Shown: piece by piece, positions 45,081 through 57,759 of the stretch
Layout: each line of letters starts with the position of its first letter
Position numbering within the stretch: position 1 is the first letter of the stretch
Origin: Asterionella formosa
Lineage: Eukaryota
Reading direction: 5' to 3'
DNA: 64,000 nucleotides
Assembly: GCA_002256025.1 (NCBI GenBank)
Contig: NKIB01012763.1
Coordinates: 1-64,000 of the forward strand
Made by a program: the position numbers and the translations under genes
Notes under the pieces: generated by a model
Told to the model about the DNA's origin: nothing
The model's input: only the letters and a program-made list of their open reading frames with translations
The model's database searches: none

Positions 45081-46470
45081 TAGGGTCTTAACTAGGCAAT
45101 TCACAACTTGGTAATCGCCGTCCTATTCGACACTAAATTGCCCTTTAAGTTAATAATGAAAACCTATTTAGATAGTTTGAATGTTGGATGCGAACTAGTC
45201 AACTGCCCTCCATAGAAATCTATATTTGATATGTAGAGCTTTTTGATTACTCGATCCTGCAATTGCCCCTCACATAGAACATATTTTGTTTATTTCATAT
45301 GCTCCGTTTTTTGACTGCCAAACTACCTGCAATATTTTCAACAGCCCCTAGATTTTATTGCCGAAATCGACTGCCGTTTTTTAAGGGAATTTGATTACTG
45401 ATATCTATAGCCCCTCAATTGACTGCCATTTACTTAAGGAAAATCGACTGCCGAAATTGGAAGAGAGTAGGATGAACCATGTGAGGGCACGAAATGATGA
45501 TTTTCTGTAAAGTGTCAACAGCAATTCCACTATTTTCATACCTGCTATCTTCCAGCATGCTTCGATGTATACAAACTCTGTTCATGGATTTCTCAAATAC
45601 CAATTAAATATTAACTATAATGCTTTGGTATATTTTCTATGTGTCCGACAGTATCTCAAATCAGATTTCAGCAGCAAGTTTTAGTGCTCAATTGTTGGCT
45701 TTTCCGCTGTTCTAAAATATCATTGTTGTTTCTGTAGGTTATCTGATCACAATTATCTCTATTTCTTCACTATCGTAAATCGACGAAGACTACGCGAAGC
45801 AGAAGCCACTTCTGGTACCCCAAAAGAGCTATCAGCTTGAGGTGAGAAAAACAACACCCAAGTAGACAACAGGAATCATGAAATTGCGCCTGTTGTTTTG
45901 GTTGGTTCATTATGATATGTTCTGTTGATTGTTGTTTGGTCGCTTCCATGCGAATTATGGTAATGCAAATAATCAAATATATTGTTTTTCACGTAGAACA
46001 TCTTGACAATATATGCATATCTTACTCACCATCCAAATATCCCAGGAGCCAGTATCACATTTGATCCTTCCAGCTATAGCTGCAATGTTCCTACTAGTGT
46101 CTCAAAACGACTCACAAGCAGTGGTACGTTTTGTTGATTGTTGATTATGCTTGCTTCCATTCATCTTCTCTGAAACTCAATACCTTTTGTATTTTACTCC
46201 TGTTCAAATTGTCAAACAAAAATCGCCAGTCGGATTTGTTGTTTCCACCAGCCAAAGCAGCAATTGAATGATTTCCAAAAACTGGAATCATCATGAGCTA
46301 TATCATTCACGCCAACAACATGACATTCAATGTACTAACATGCTCCAATGCCACACCACAGAATTTTTCGATGCTTGTTACAATCATAAGCTGGGGCCGC
46401 AACCTTAATGTGAAATGAGCGCAACGCCGCTCCCAGCTGATATGCAGGTAAGCCTTCATCATTCATAAAC
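45081..46470 (+). mobile_element. Possible hAT DNA transposon end and decayed transposase fragment
   Basis: Starts TAGGG at 45081, with repeated subterminal (G/A)ACTGCC and ATTGCCC motifs at 45135-45455. Peptide IQISQEPVSHLILPAIAAMF (46031-46090) resembles the hAT Q....PT...VLP region. Confidence 0.35.
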
Positions 46471-49400
46471 ATCTTCACAAAACTTATTAAATATAAATCA
46501 TGAAAATTGATAGAGGGAAATTTTAACGGATGTGTTTGTTGATTGAGAATCAATTGTATATCCAGCAATTGTCCATTAAGTATTAAATTATAATCCAGAG
46601 GATATTGAATAATGTCTGCAAAGATAGGATGATCGAGGAAACAGGTAATCAGAGCTTCATCATCTAATTCAATTGAAAAAGTGCAAGTGGATGTTGATGC
46701 TGGAGATTTCGGTCCAATATCATCCCCCACCAAAGACTCAAGCCTCGGGAGACGAGAGATGGAATCTGCAATAGCATTGTCAGTCCCTTTCACATAGTGA
46801 AAAGTAGGATGGTATTCTTCAATATAAAGTCTCCATCTTAGAACAAGTTGAGTATGTAAAGTATTATAAATTAGATTTCGATGATCAGTGTGAACATGTA
46901 GAACTGCACCCAATAACATAGAGCGAAATTCTTTGAAAGTTTCTACCACAGAAAGTAATTCTTTTTCAATAGTAGTATAATTCTTTTGAGCAGCAGATAA
47001 TTTGCGAGAATAATAAGCATCTGGGAGATCATTTTGCATAATGACCGACCCTAATTGTTAATCAAAGGCATCAGTAAATATATGAAAAGATAGATTATGA
47101 TCAGGATAACGCATGAGTGTATCTGCAACTTACAATGCTTTCATTTCTTCAATGGCTTGTTGATGTATAGGTAACCAGACAAATGGACTAGTTCCAATTA
47201 AATCTGTTAGTGGTCCAAGAACATGAGATCGTCAAGGAAACATGTCTCGATAGTACGCAACAGCACCAAGAAATGATCTGACTTGTTTAAGATTGGTGGG
47301 TGAAGACATATTAATCAATGCTCGAAAATTTTTAGTCCAAGGTTTCAGTCCATTAGGAGTTAACCAATAGCCTAACCAATCTGTCTCTTGGACTGTCCAT
47401 TCACACTTAATTGGATTAATTGTAAAACCATTTGCCTATAAACGATGTAAAATAGTGTGCAATAAATGACCCACATCATCAATATAAATTTCCACATCAT
47501 CTAAATCACTAAGAATCTTTTCCATTTTTTCTTGTGCAATATCAGATGATTGTTTCGCTCCCATAGGGAGTCGTAGATATTTATATAAACCAAATGAAGT
47601 GGAAATAAAACGCACAAATTTTGACTCTCCACATCTAATGCGAAAGTATAGTATTGCATAGAAACATCCAATTTGGTGAAAAATACATGTCCAGAACGTT
47701 TAATGAGAATAGTTTGTATTCGAGGTAAAGGATATATATTGCGATTGATGACTTTATTTAGTTCACGAAAATCTGATACCCGTCGGACACTTCCATCCTT
47801 TTTAGGAATACTAATAAAAGTGGGAGACGCCCATATAGAAGCTCCACCGTTTTGTAGGACTCCAATATCACACAACCGTTGTAATTCGGTTTTGAAAACT
47901 TCTAATTGAATATGAGCGACCGGATATGCTCGTTGATGATGAGGGATGGCATTTGATAATAATTCCAAATGTACCTGTTTATTCGGATAAACTTTTAATC
48001 TTCCATCAAATAATGTTTGATATTTAACCAATATAGTTCGTAAACATGACCGTTGCATTGTTGTTAAATACATCTGTTTATTCACTACTGTTTCAATATT
48101 CACATAATTATATTCAGTAGCTTTAATTTTCAGCGCATATGAAGATTCCACAATCAAAGGTGCATCAAAATACAATAATACATCACGTAAACGTTCTCCA
48201 TCATCAAAGAATGTGAGAGAATGCATAGGAACAGTCATATCCATACAAGACATAGTGTTTTTTACTATATCAATGGTTAAATTAACTTGACGAAGGAAAT
48301 CACGTTCTAAAATAGCATCAAATGTGCATAGACCATTAAAAACTTGACACTTTTGTTGTAAAATACGAGCAGATCGATTAAATTCAGGTAGAATCAGGTC
48401 ATATAAAATAACACCGGCATGAGATGAATATGTGTTAATTGGGAAGTCTCGTTAGACGAAGAAATACCTTGAGGCATAACCCGTTCATGCATTAAGAATA
48501 AGGATCCTCCACTATCAAATAACAATTGTAGTATTTTATGGATAGGCATAGCATCCACCGATCGAGGCGCTAAAAGAGACATCGGAATCAGATCAATTGA
48601 CGTTAATATAGCCTTAGAAGCAAAATAGGAAACCGGAATTGGGCCCTGATATGTATGTGGAACGTCATGTCCATCGATGCATTTATATATATCCCGCATT
48701 ACAGCAACAGCGGTTTCCATACTAGTGTATTCAACCTGTAAATAAACAATATTATTCAGGTGATGACTAACGTGAGATAAAATAAGTCATTATAAATAGC
48801 ATCGCTATTATCGACCATACCTCTGTAATGGCGATCAGCAATCTGCTGTTGTGTAGTAGGGACAAAAGTCACTATCTGACCAGCAGGAGGGTTCGTGACC
48901 ACTGCAATTTCCTGGGCAGATGTATTCTCAGTAGGATCGGCACATGGAACCGTACCCAAACCATATGGATGAATATTATGACCCCATGTATTTAACATAC
49001 GAGCATGTGGAACAGGCACAGGGTTAGCAGTGTCAGTATGGTAGCTTTCCATAGGATTACTGTCTGAACCGCCTCCACGACCACCAAAATGTCCTCATCT
49101 ACCGAAACTGGAACGACAACGTCCATTATGACGACCAGCCATGCGACCTGCTCGACCACCTTGAGTATGAGGATTCTGAAAACAATTGCCCCAAGTATGT
49201 GTAGTACCTTCAGGATGTACTGGGCAAGGGCCACGATAATCATAGTACTTATGACTGGCTTGTAGAGCTTGATGGTGAACAGTTGCTTGACGATCCCATG
49301 CGCGACCGGCTGTATTGACAATAGCACGCGCCCTTCCACGACCACTTGGAGTAAAATTATCGTTGTAGAATTGACGACTGACACGCTCGTTTTCTTGATG

Positions 49401-50336
49401 CATCACACGATTGCCTTCAACAATACGAAGACGATTTTGCGTGATTGTTTGAAAAATGTTCTTAGGAAGGTGCTTGTTTCGATCTTTAAACGATTGTTGA
49501 CTCTCGAAGTAAGCGAGAACCGAGCAAATTGATTGATCTGAAGTTTTTGCATGATTCAATTCAAACTCTTGTTGCCACTCATCAGGCATATAACGGATGA
49601 TGATGATCCGCATATCTTCTTTTGACAATCCGTTTTGATCTTCTGGATGAGGCATTAGTTGAAGTAGCCTGATCAAAGTTTTAATACGAGCTCCGAAATC
49701 CATTACCAACATAAAAAAGGGTTTAGACAAGTTGCATAATAGCATCCCTTGTCTTTGACATTGAAAACTCTCGTTTGGTAAATGATCATCTAGCCATAAA
49801 GCCATTGCTTCATCGAAACTATTGTAGGATTGATCTTTTGGGTGTATTTCCAAATTTAACTAATCTGATAAGGCAATGTCGGTCAAACACCTTTTAAAGT
49901 AGGAAAAGGTATCTGCAGGGCTAAAGGCACATGTGTTAGGCATGTCACGAAATTGGTTCACTCCAATCAACAATGCTTCCACAGAGCTTCTATTGATTAT
50001 ATCTTGATCAAACGATTCAAACCTTCCACCGGTTAAAGCAACTCTGAATGTTTTAGTCTTGATAGTCAATACATTGTAATCTTTGATCAAAGGAATGACA
50101 GGAATCCTTAAATATATTGCCATGTTTGTTTTCTTCTAATTGGACTCTTTTTGAATTCAAAGTGAAGTATCTAACTAGAAGTAGTAGTATTTGTTGAATA
50201 TATGAACTAATTAATCTTATGTACAACTTCTTTTCCAAGTTGACATCAAAGCATACAATAGGTGTTAGTCAAGTTCTGATATATTTGATATAACCCTAAC
50301 CCTATATACATCTGTACCGATGTGCAGGATCGCTCA
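46470..50336 (-). mobile_element. Ty3/Gypsy LTR retrotransposon 5' half: 5' LTR (50163-50336), gag, protease, RT, RNase H; decayed
   Basis: The LTR TGAGCGATCC...GATACTTCA is homologous to 39508-39701. Gag knuckle CPVHPEGTTHTWGNC; protease LLFDSGGS; RT PKKDGSVRRVSDFRELNK, KLDVSMQYY, IYIDD; RNase H YYSRKLSAAQKNYTTIEKELLS and TDHRNL. Stops and frameshifts throughout. Confidence 0.93.
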
Positions 50337-51115
50337 CCTGGTACCTGGTACCAGGTACCAGGAACTCCGTACCAGGGTATCTGGTACCGTACCAGGTACC
50401 TGGTACCAGGAACTTGGAACGAGAAAACAAAGCAGATGGTGGTGTCGCACGATCATTGTTTCTCGTGAGGCTTCTTTTGTGGCCTGCTTGCTTCGTCACG
50501 GTCGGTCATAATTGCTGCTGGCCCGTTGTTTCCTTGCACTGTCTACACCGGATGTAGGCACTACAACATACCGGGAAGGTCCGTTAATCGAGATATTTAG
50601 CTTAGTCTTTGCTTAAGTAAACATGTTGTTTTACCGGACCTGGTGCCAGGTACCGGTAGCTGCAAGCTCCGGTCATTTTGCTTAAATAAACAGTTTAATC
50701 TTGGATAAAGATGGCTACATCTTTAGATCAGCAAAATTACAGCTACTTGCTGGTACCTGTCACATACTCGATGGGGGAATTCAAAAAAGTAAGGAACACC
50801 ACATCAGTGCAAAGCAGCTACCAGGTGCCAGTACTGGCACCAGGTAGCTGGTAGCTGGTTGGTACCAGGTACCGGACTACCGGTAACTGGTGTACAGGAA
50901 CCTGGCCCCTTTTTATCCATGTGTAGTGCCTGGTACCTTGTACCTCAAAACAGATATGTAGCTGTAATCTATAGGTAATATTGCCAAATACCTTAAATTA
51001 CTACGATATATACCGGTATATAAGCAATAGTCTACCAGGAATTCCATGCTTGGTGCCAGGTTGTTTATTATATTAATAAATAGTTCTTGTTCCTATTGAC
51101 GTTTGTTCGTTCACG

Positions 51116-54113
51116 ATGACGGACGACGCTTCCGCGGGAACTCCACCGAAAGGAGCTTGTCTCCATTGCAACGCCGAAAACAATAAAATACAAGTTCACT
51201 GTGACTCTTGTGGAGGTTTCATTTGCTCCGAATGTCATTGGTGTCATGAAGTAAGTCAATTTTTTCAGCAACAGCCTCGTCCACTATCTCGCTCTGACAG
51301 CTAGGTTCTAGACGGCTGCTGTCGTAGGATACGTCTAAACACTAACTCACTATAAAGTTTCAGGCAAATCATGAAATAAGGGTTTGCGATCGATGTGATT
51401 CATTCTTCTGCAAGGATTGCGACGAAATGGATCAATGCGACGACTGCGGCGAGGTCGTTTGCAGTGGCTGCTGTTCTCTTCTCAGTTGCAAGTTCTGCGG
51501 AGGAGGACTCTGCGAAGAGTGCGCTGTAGCGTGCGGAAGGTAAGTATCCAAGAAAGGTGGAAGAAGAAGCGCCATTTCTGTTGTATCCTCTGCAAAGCTG
51601 ACCAATTAATTCCCACGACCGCCTAAATATTGCCTCACACCTTGCTGTCATTATTCCCAAACAGATGCGGTATCGTTCTCTGCGCTCGAGACGCGAAGTT
51701 TGCCGTGGAGTGCGATACTTGCAAACTATCTTACTGTCTTGTTTGTCTTGCCAGTGGCCAAAAAGAAGCTTGCCTTCGATGTGGACATCGACCGTCGAAA
51801 CGTATGGAACAACTTGTTCACCTTCGACTAAAATCCATTTACAAGGCATTTCAACAGTCGGCACGGACCAGTGATAAGCACATCCATCTCAAACGAGCAG
51901 CACTTGCGGCACAGAAGAAAGCAATGGGCCCAAAGATTGATCCAGCAATACAGCAGGCACAGGCCGATGCAGCAGCTGCTTCTCTGTTGAAGGAATTAGA
52001 AGAGGAAGAAGCACAGGCCAAAAAACAACCAAGTAAGAAGAAGAAAAAAAGAAAAAAGAAAAGGGTTGGAGAGGATGGTGACGAAGAGGATAGAAATGAG
52101 GCCATGAAGGATGTAAATTTGGATGATACAGGGCCCGATGACAAGTGGGAGGGTGCCATTGATAAATGCCAACAACCACCACAAAACGCGGAAGTCCCAG
52201 GAAACCAATATTCCACTGCGTATGCCATGACGAGCGACGATCAGCCACACAAAAACCCGTCAATCGACAAACTTGCAAAGCGATCATCTCATCATAGCAA
52301 CGGTATTGGGGCACAGCATGTGGATGAGGTGAGAAACTCTGTGGAGGAGTGTGTCATTCCAGTAAATCGAGCAGCAACGACACCGCTTTATGAATATAAA
52401 CATTCGCTGATGGAAGAGATGGAAGAAAAATTGCTTTCTTTAGTAACATCCCGAGACAGTGCTGGCATCGAAGACCTCCTGGAAAAGTGGAAGGGCGTCC
52501 CGGGTCGGTCCGTCCTCCGAAAAAATGCCAAAAAGGCCCTCAAGAAATTAAAGGAGGACGAAGCTGGAAATAATAAAGAACCTTTGCTCGCACTCGTCTC
52601 TTCTGCACCGAAATTGAAGACTTTTGAAGTGGTCTTGGAAATGTCACCTATGGTGGTTGGTTGGGTTATCGGCAAGGGCGGAGTCAAGATTCGTGACATC
52701 ATGGAGGAATCGGGAGCAAAGGTATGGATTGATCAAGAATCAATGCGAATACACCAGCCTCGGATTGTATATGTGAGCGGTCCAAAGGACTCTGTAGATT
52801 TGGCAGTTACTATGATACAGAGCGCAGTGAACGACGCACCAAAGGAAGGTGGAGATTTTCTCAAGGATGAAGAAGTTGTTGCTGATCCTCAATTTGCTTT
52901 GGAAAAAAGTGGATCACGAAAAGACTGTGAGAAAGGAGATTGGGCCGAACACAAAATGTCCTGCGAAGCCGGATTCGTTCCTCTTTTAATTGGTAAAAGA
53001 GGTTGGACCATCAAGCACATCCAGGATTCAAGTGGAGCTAAGGTTGATATTGACCAAAATGTGACGCCGCGTGTGGTGACAATAACTGGTCGATCAGAAT
53101 CCGTTCAAACTGCCATTCGCTTGGTACGAGATGTGCTGTCGTATCCTGAAGGACAGCTTCAGCGGAAGGAAAGCGAAGACAACATCGTGGACTTTGATCT
53201 CAGTGGTCCTGCGCATTCCCCACCTCCCTCGTCACTCATCATGATGTCGACCATCTCGGCCTCTTCTTCCCTATCGTCCACGCCAGAGCCATCGATGGCA
53301 TCGTCCAAACAAGGGCGATGCGTCAATGACTTCAATCATCTCCAGCAACAGTATTTTCCCCAGCCTCCTGGTATTTTCGATGGACGGGTAGAGTGCTATT
53401 CGTCAGACGTAATTTCTGGACTAGCACAACGCCAGCAGTCAAATTTCCAACTTGCAGCCTTTTCAAGCCAACAGAACCCCCTTCAACATGAGCTCGTTGC
53501 TCCACAGAATGGCTTTCATCATCCACTATTGGGAGCTCCTAGTGTGTCTAGAATGGTTCCTCCTGGTCTTGGGTGTTCGACTGATGCATACAAAGTGCAC
53601 CTCACGACGCCTCGGAGCATGCCACCGCCTCCACAAAGACCCCCTCTGACTCAACCCGTCGTTCAAAACCAATTTCAGAAACAAGGAAGTATCTACCAAC
53701 AGAGGCAAGCATCTGCTCCCGACTCAGCATTGATGGATTGCGTTGATCAGCTCGGGCACGAATACCAACCGAATCAGCCGCCGCAACGTCATTCTTCTGG
53801 CCCATGGGATGCACAAAATAACTTGGTCCCCCCCTATGTGCTGCACCAGCAACAACCCCCCATGAACTCAGTCAGGTCCATTCATTCGTCACATGTTGGG
53901 GCTTCACTTTCGTCAATCCAAGATGATTCTAATTTGGTGGACTCGCTATTTGGGCCAAGTGACTCAAACCTACTAGACGATTTACAAGGCTTGAATATAA
54001 GTGGATGGGGAGGAACAGGTAATACAGGTAATTGGAAGGTAGAAAAGGCTGGCAATAGTCGGCTAGTTTTGGAAGATCAATTCCCATCCGAATCTCGATT
54101 CAATTGGGGATAA
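51116..54113 (+). CDS. RNA-binding protein with an N-terminal CxxC-rich zinc-finger array and two KH domains (exons 51116-51250, 51358-51539, 51665-54113)
   Basis: KH motifs VGWVIGKGGVKIRDIMEESGAKV and LLIGKRGWTIKHIQDSSGAKVDI. The spliced N-terminus has more than 10 CxxC pairs, followed by a Lys-rich NLS-like stretch and a Q/P-rich tail. The exon 2 acceptor could be 51357 or 51363. Confidence 0.85.
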
Positions 54114-54398
54114 TATTTCATTAGATTGGAACGATTACCTTTAAATAATGAAGCAAAGGAAGGCAATGCGTCGAAAAGGAAGATGGAGAATGATTGAATA
54201 CTTTCGAATTGAATGTTTATTTGGATGAATTTATGGCTTACTGCGATGGCCATGAGTTGCATCAGAGCGACATACTGCTTCGTGTCGCTCATATGTGGTT
54301 TACTGCTTCTGACCACATGAACTAGACGAGATCATTTCATAGTAGCAACTTTTCCATACTAGAACTCGGAGTTATTACTTTTTATTTTCAGTATTTGA

Positions 54399-54556
54399 GG
54401 TGCTTACTTTCGTCCAATGGCTTCATTCAAAACAATTCCATGCCCTGAATACAGATTTTTACCGAAAAGTTTGCTGATGTGCTTACTTTCGTTCAATGGC
54501 TTCATTCAAAACAATTCCGTGCCCTGCATACAGATTTTTACCGAATAGTTTGCTGA
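54399..54556 (+). repeat. Tandem duplication of a ~79-bp unit
   Basis: GTGCTTACTTTCGT.CAATGGCTTCATTCAAAACAATTCC.TGCCCTG.ATACAGATTTTTACCGAA.AGTTTGCTGA occurs twice with about four mismatches. Confidence 0.9.
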
Positions 54557-54698
54557 AGAGTAGGTTTTGGAGTGATGAACTAATCACATTGCTTTTTGAT
54601 AGGTTGTACAGTGGGAAATTATCTACCGGTAGTCGTACATCCCTTACCTTACGCCTTCCTTTGCACCGGAAAGAAAATAACCTTTCAAATCTACAGTA

Positions 54699-56213
54699 CT
54701 ACTTCTCCACATCATCGAGTCCCTGACCGATGCCTGATTCCTCGAACACTAGCTCCCCAGCTAGCTTCATGGATCTGGCACAGTCCTTGACATTGACAGC
54801 GGTTCGATATCTCAGAATTTCTGCGTACTCAGACTTGATTTTGCTCCACTTTCCAAAACCATATCTGATTATTCCTTGCCTGACAGCGTTCTTTTCATCA
54901 GCAGTCCATACTAGGCGTGTTCCAGGTAGCCGAGCCACTGTAGTAGCAGCTTTCTTCACAGCAGGTGCTGCTTGTGAAAATGTCATCTTGGTCGGCACAG
55001 AGCTCAGCTTAGGACCTTCTGCTTCCGAAACGCTGCTATCATCAAAATCCAAAGACCTTGCCGTATTTTTCTTTTCATAAAGTGTACTCGTAGTTTTGGA
55101 CCTTTTGGCTTGCCGGGCAACGTCTCGAATCTCTTGAAGGGGATCTGCAAAATCTTCGCGAAGGTGCTTCCTTGCACTTCTGAGTTTCCTCATCGCTTCC
55201 CTCGAGTTTTCTTTGTCATTTTTGATTATAGCTGGGCATTTAACATCATCTAGTTCATCAAAATGATGGGAAGGCCACACACGGCTTTCCCGTTCACAAG
55301 AAAATGGTGCTGAGCCGGGCTCATCGAAATTGTTACTGCTTGTATCGTCAATCTCGATCAAACTTGTCCTTCCTGGACCTTCTCGTGTAGAAAACGTGGT
55401 GGACAAATTCTTTTTCAAATTCTTGGTCGCTTTCCCCTCTGGAGCTGTATGGGAGACACAGAGACTAGCTGGACGCTTCAAGCGATTGAGTGATATCATA
55501 AGCTGCGGAAGGTACATGCGCAGAACTTTGGAGGCAAAGTAATCCAGTGAAAGGGGCTTCTGATTAATCGCAACATCACGCAAACCTTTCTCCATCTCGA
55601 TAAATTTTTTCAAAAGATCGAACGCAAACTTGTCTCTTTCTATGGCCTTCAATGAAGAACTGTTTCATTGCAATCAATTCCACGGTGTTAGATGATAGCC
55701 GAATGCATTACATGCCCCTGTAGCCGCCTGTTTCAAAACGAGCATCGATAACACTTACTTCATACGAGACTTATCGGTAAGTTCCTTGCCGCGAAAGTGA
55801 CTCAGAATAAGCTGCATACGAAGCAATCGCATCGTTTTGAGGTAGGTCTTGGCGACGTCGTTGTTGGCGGCAAATTTGTCCTCTAACGGTATCATGGTCT
55901 CCACGAGCTCGAGCCAGTTGTCTGTCGTCATGAGTTGCAAATCAATAATCCAACATTTGGCTAAGATGTAATACGCAGACATAGGAATGTCTTTTTGAAA
56001 GAACTAAATAGAATTCGATGTGCAACACGATGATAAGAGTAAGCATCAAGGCGTCATCAAAGCAACAACAACCAATTGGTTTCTCCTTACCTGAACTGTT
56101 TCCCACCATTCTTCTTGTCGGAAAAGGCCACCAACTATTTCTTGACAGACATAATCAACAACTTGAGCTACAGCTTCCTGAGCTGCTTCAGGAACAAATG
56201 TTGCCATGGCCAT
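54699..56213 (-). CDS. Single C-terminal Myb/telobox protein, TRF-like (exons 56213-56091, 56003-55759, 55659-54699)
   Basis: C-terminal WTADEKNAVRQGIIRYGFGKWSKIKSEYAEILRYRTAVNVKD. Two GT-AG introns join three open segments in frame from MAMATFVPEAAQ. Confidence 0.8.
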
Positions 56214-57759
56214 CTTGGCATGTCACAATGTTCACTTCGAAAATTATGTGCATATGACAAATTTGAACGAAAGTTGGAATAACCATCTGTATGTACCGGT
56301 AGTACAAACCGCCCGCCGGTTGAGATTCAAAAAAAATCGCGACGGAACAAGGAGGAACTGAGACCACAGTTGACATCATGCATAACGGTCGCTGGTAGAA
56401 TGTGACGATTTTCCAGTCTTACCGGGAGCTACCAGTCAAAAACTGCTTAAGACCACAATAACGGGATGACCTCACATTTTGACCTACAACCGTTTTTTGG
56501 GGGCTGTTCCAAGGTTGCCAGGAGAAAACCTATCTGGCCGCTTTGCCCACCTGCCCCATCCATATGGGATGCTTGGGAGGCATCATGGGAGGATTCTAGC
56601 TCCTCTCGTCACAAATTCACTTGTTCGTGAGTGGTGCTGAGCAAGGCACGACCCCATCATCCTTGAGTGTCATGGTGTCTGGTGAGGCGCCCTGCCCCTA
56701 TCATCTGGGAGAAGTAGTGTGAGACTTTCAGTTATTAAAAACCTGTGTGCAGCCCCAGTCTTGACCAGTATGCAGTCTGCCCTACCCATCAGGGGCCCAT
56801 GGATTGAACTACAGACTTTTTCAATTTTAGCTATAGCTACAACAATCATATATACTATGAACAAGTCATTTGTTGCACACATGAACATGTAGGATGTCTT
56901 AATGCAGGCACAATCAATGTTGTGTGCCAAATGATGAGATAAACGACGCGGAAAACATTAAGGGAGGAACATCAGAATTTCTTCATTGAGCTGGTGGGCT
57001 GACATTTTATATTCATTTACATTATTAATATATACTCCCTCTGTTCGACTGTAGTTGCAACAATTCTTTTAATTGGCCTGCCTGATTCACGTCCTTAAAA
57101 GAAGCCCTGAGTAGATGTAATGTGTATTTTCTATGCAAGACAATGCTGGCGATGGGTGCATGGGTTAGATTAGTATATTTAGGCATGTATAGCTAACGCT
57201 AAATAGCAACACATGTGGATCATTTTGGGAAATTGATTTCGTTGGGCAGCTTACTGACCTTTCCATATGTTTTTAATATTGGCTTTTCCTACCAAAGAAA
57301 TATAGCTAAAATAATTAACAAGCATGCTTTTCTGGACAAAATATATTTCGATATACAGACATCGAAACATATAGCTTAAGTTTGGTGCACAGCTGGCCAT
57401 CCATATCGGTGGTCTCATCAGCCTCCCTTTTGAGGTTGCGAAGCAAGCAAATAAAATTGTCGCTGTTATGGTGTTAAATCCTTCTCCATAAGTCTAGCTA
57501 GTATTGACTAACAAAGGGTCAACGAAAGAGGGTGGAGGACCAGAACAAATTGTCAAATTGGGGTGTGATTCTATAAAAAGTGCGCCAAAAATAAATCGAG
57601 GTCAGGTTCACCTATTTCTACACTACTTAGAACATATATCATATGCACCATTCAGTTCGGTTTTTAAAGAGAAGGCTGATAGCTGGCTGGAGAATTATTG
57701 GAGCATATGCTTCATGAGAGGCAGTGACCTAAAGTTTGGCTTCAACTATAGGGAGTATG

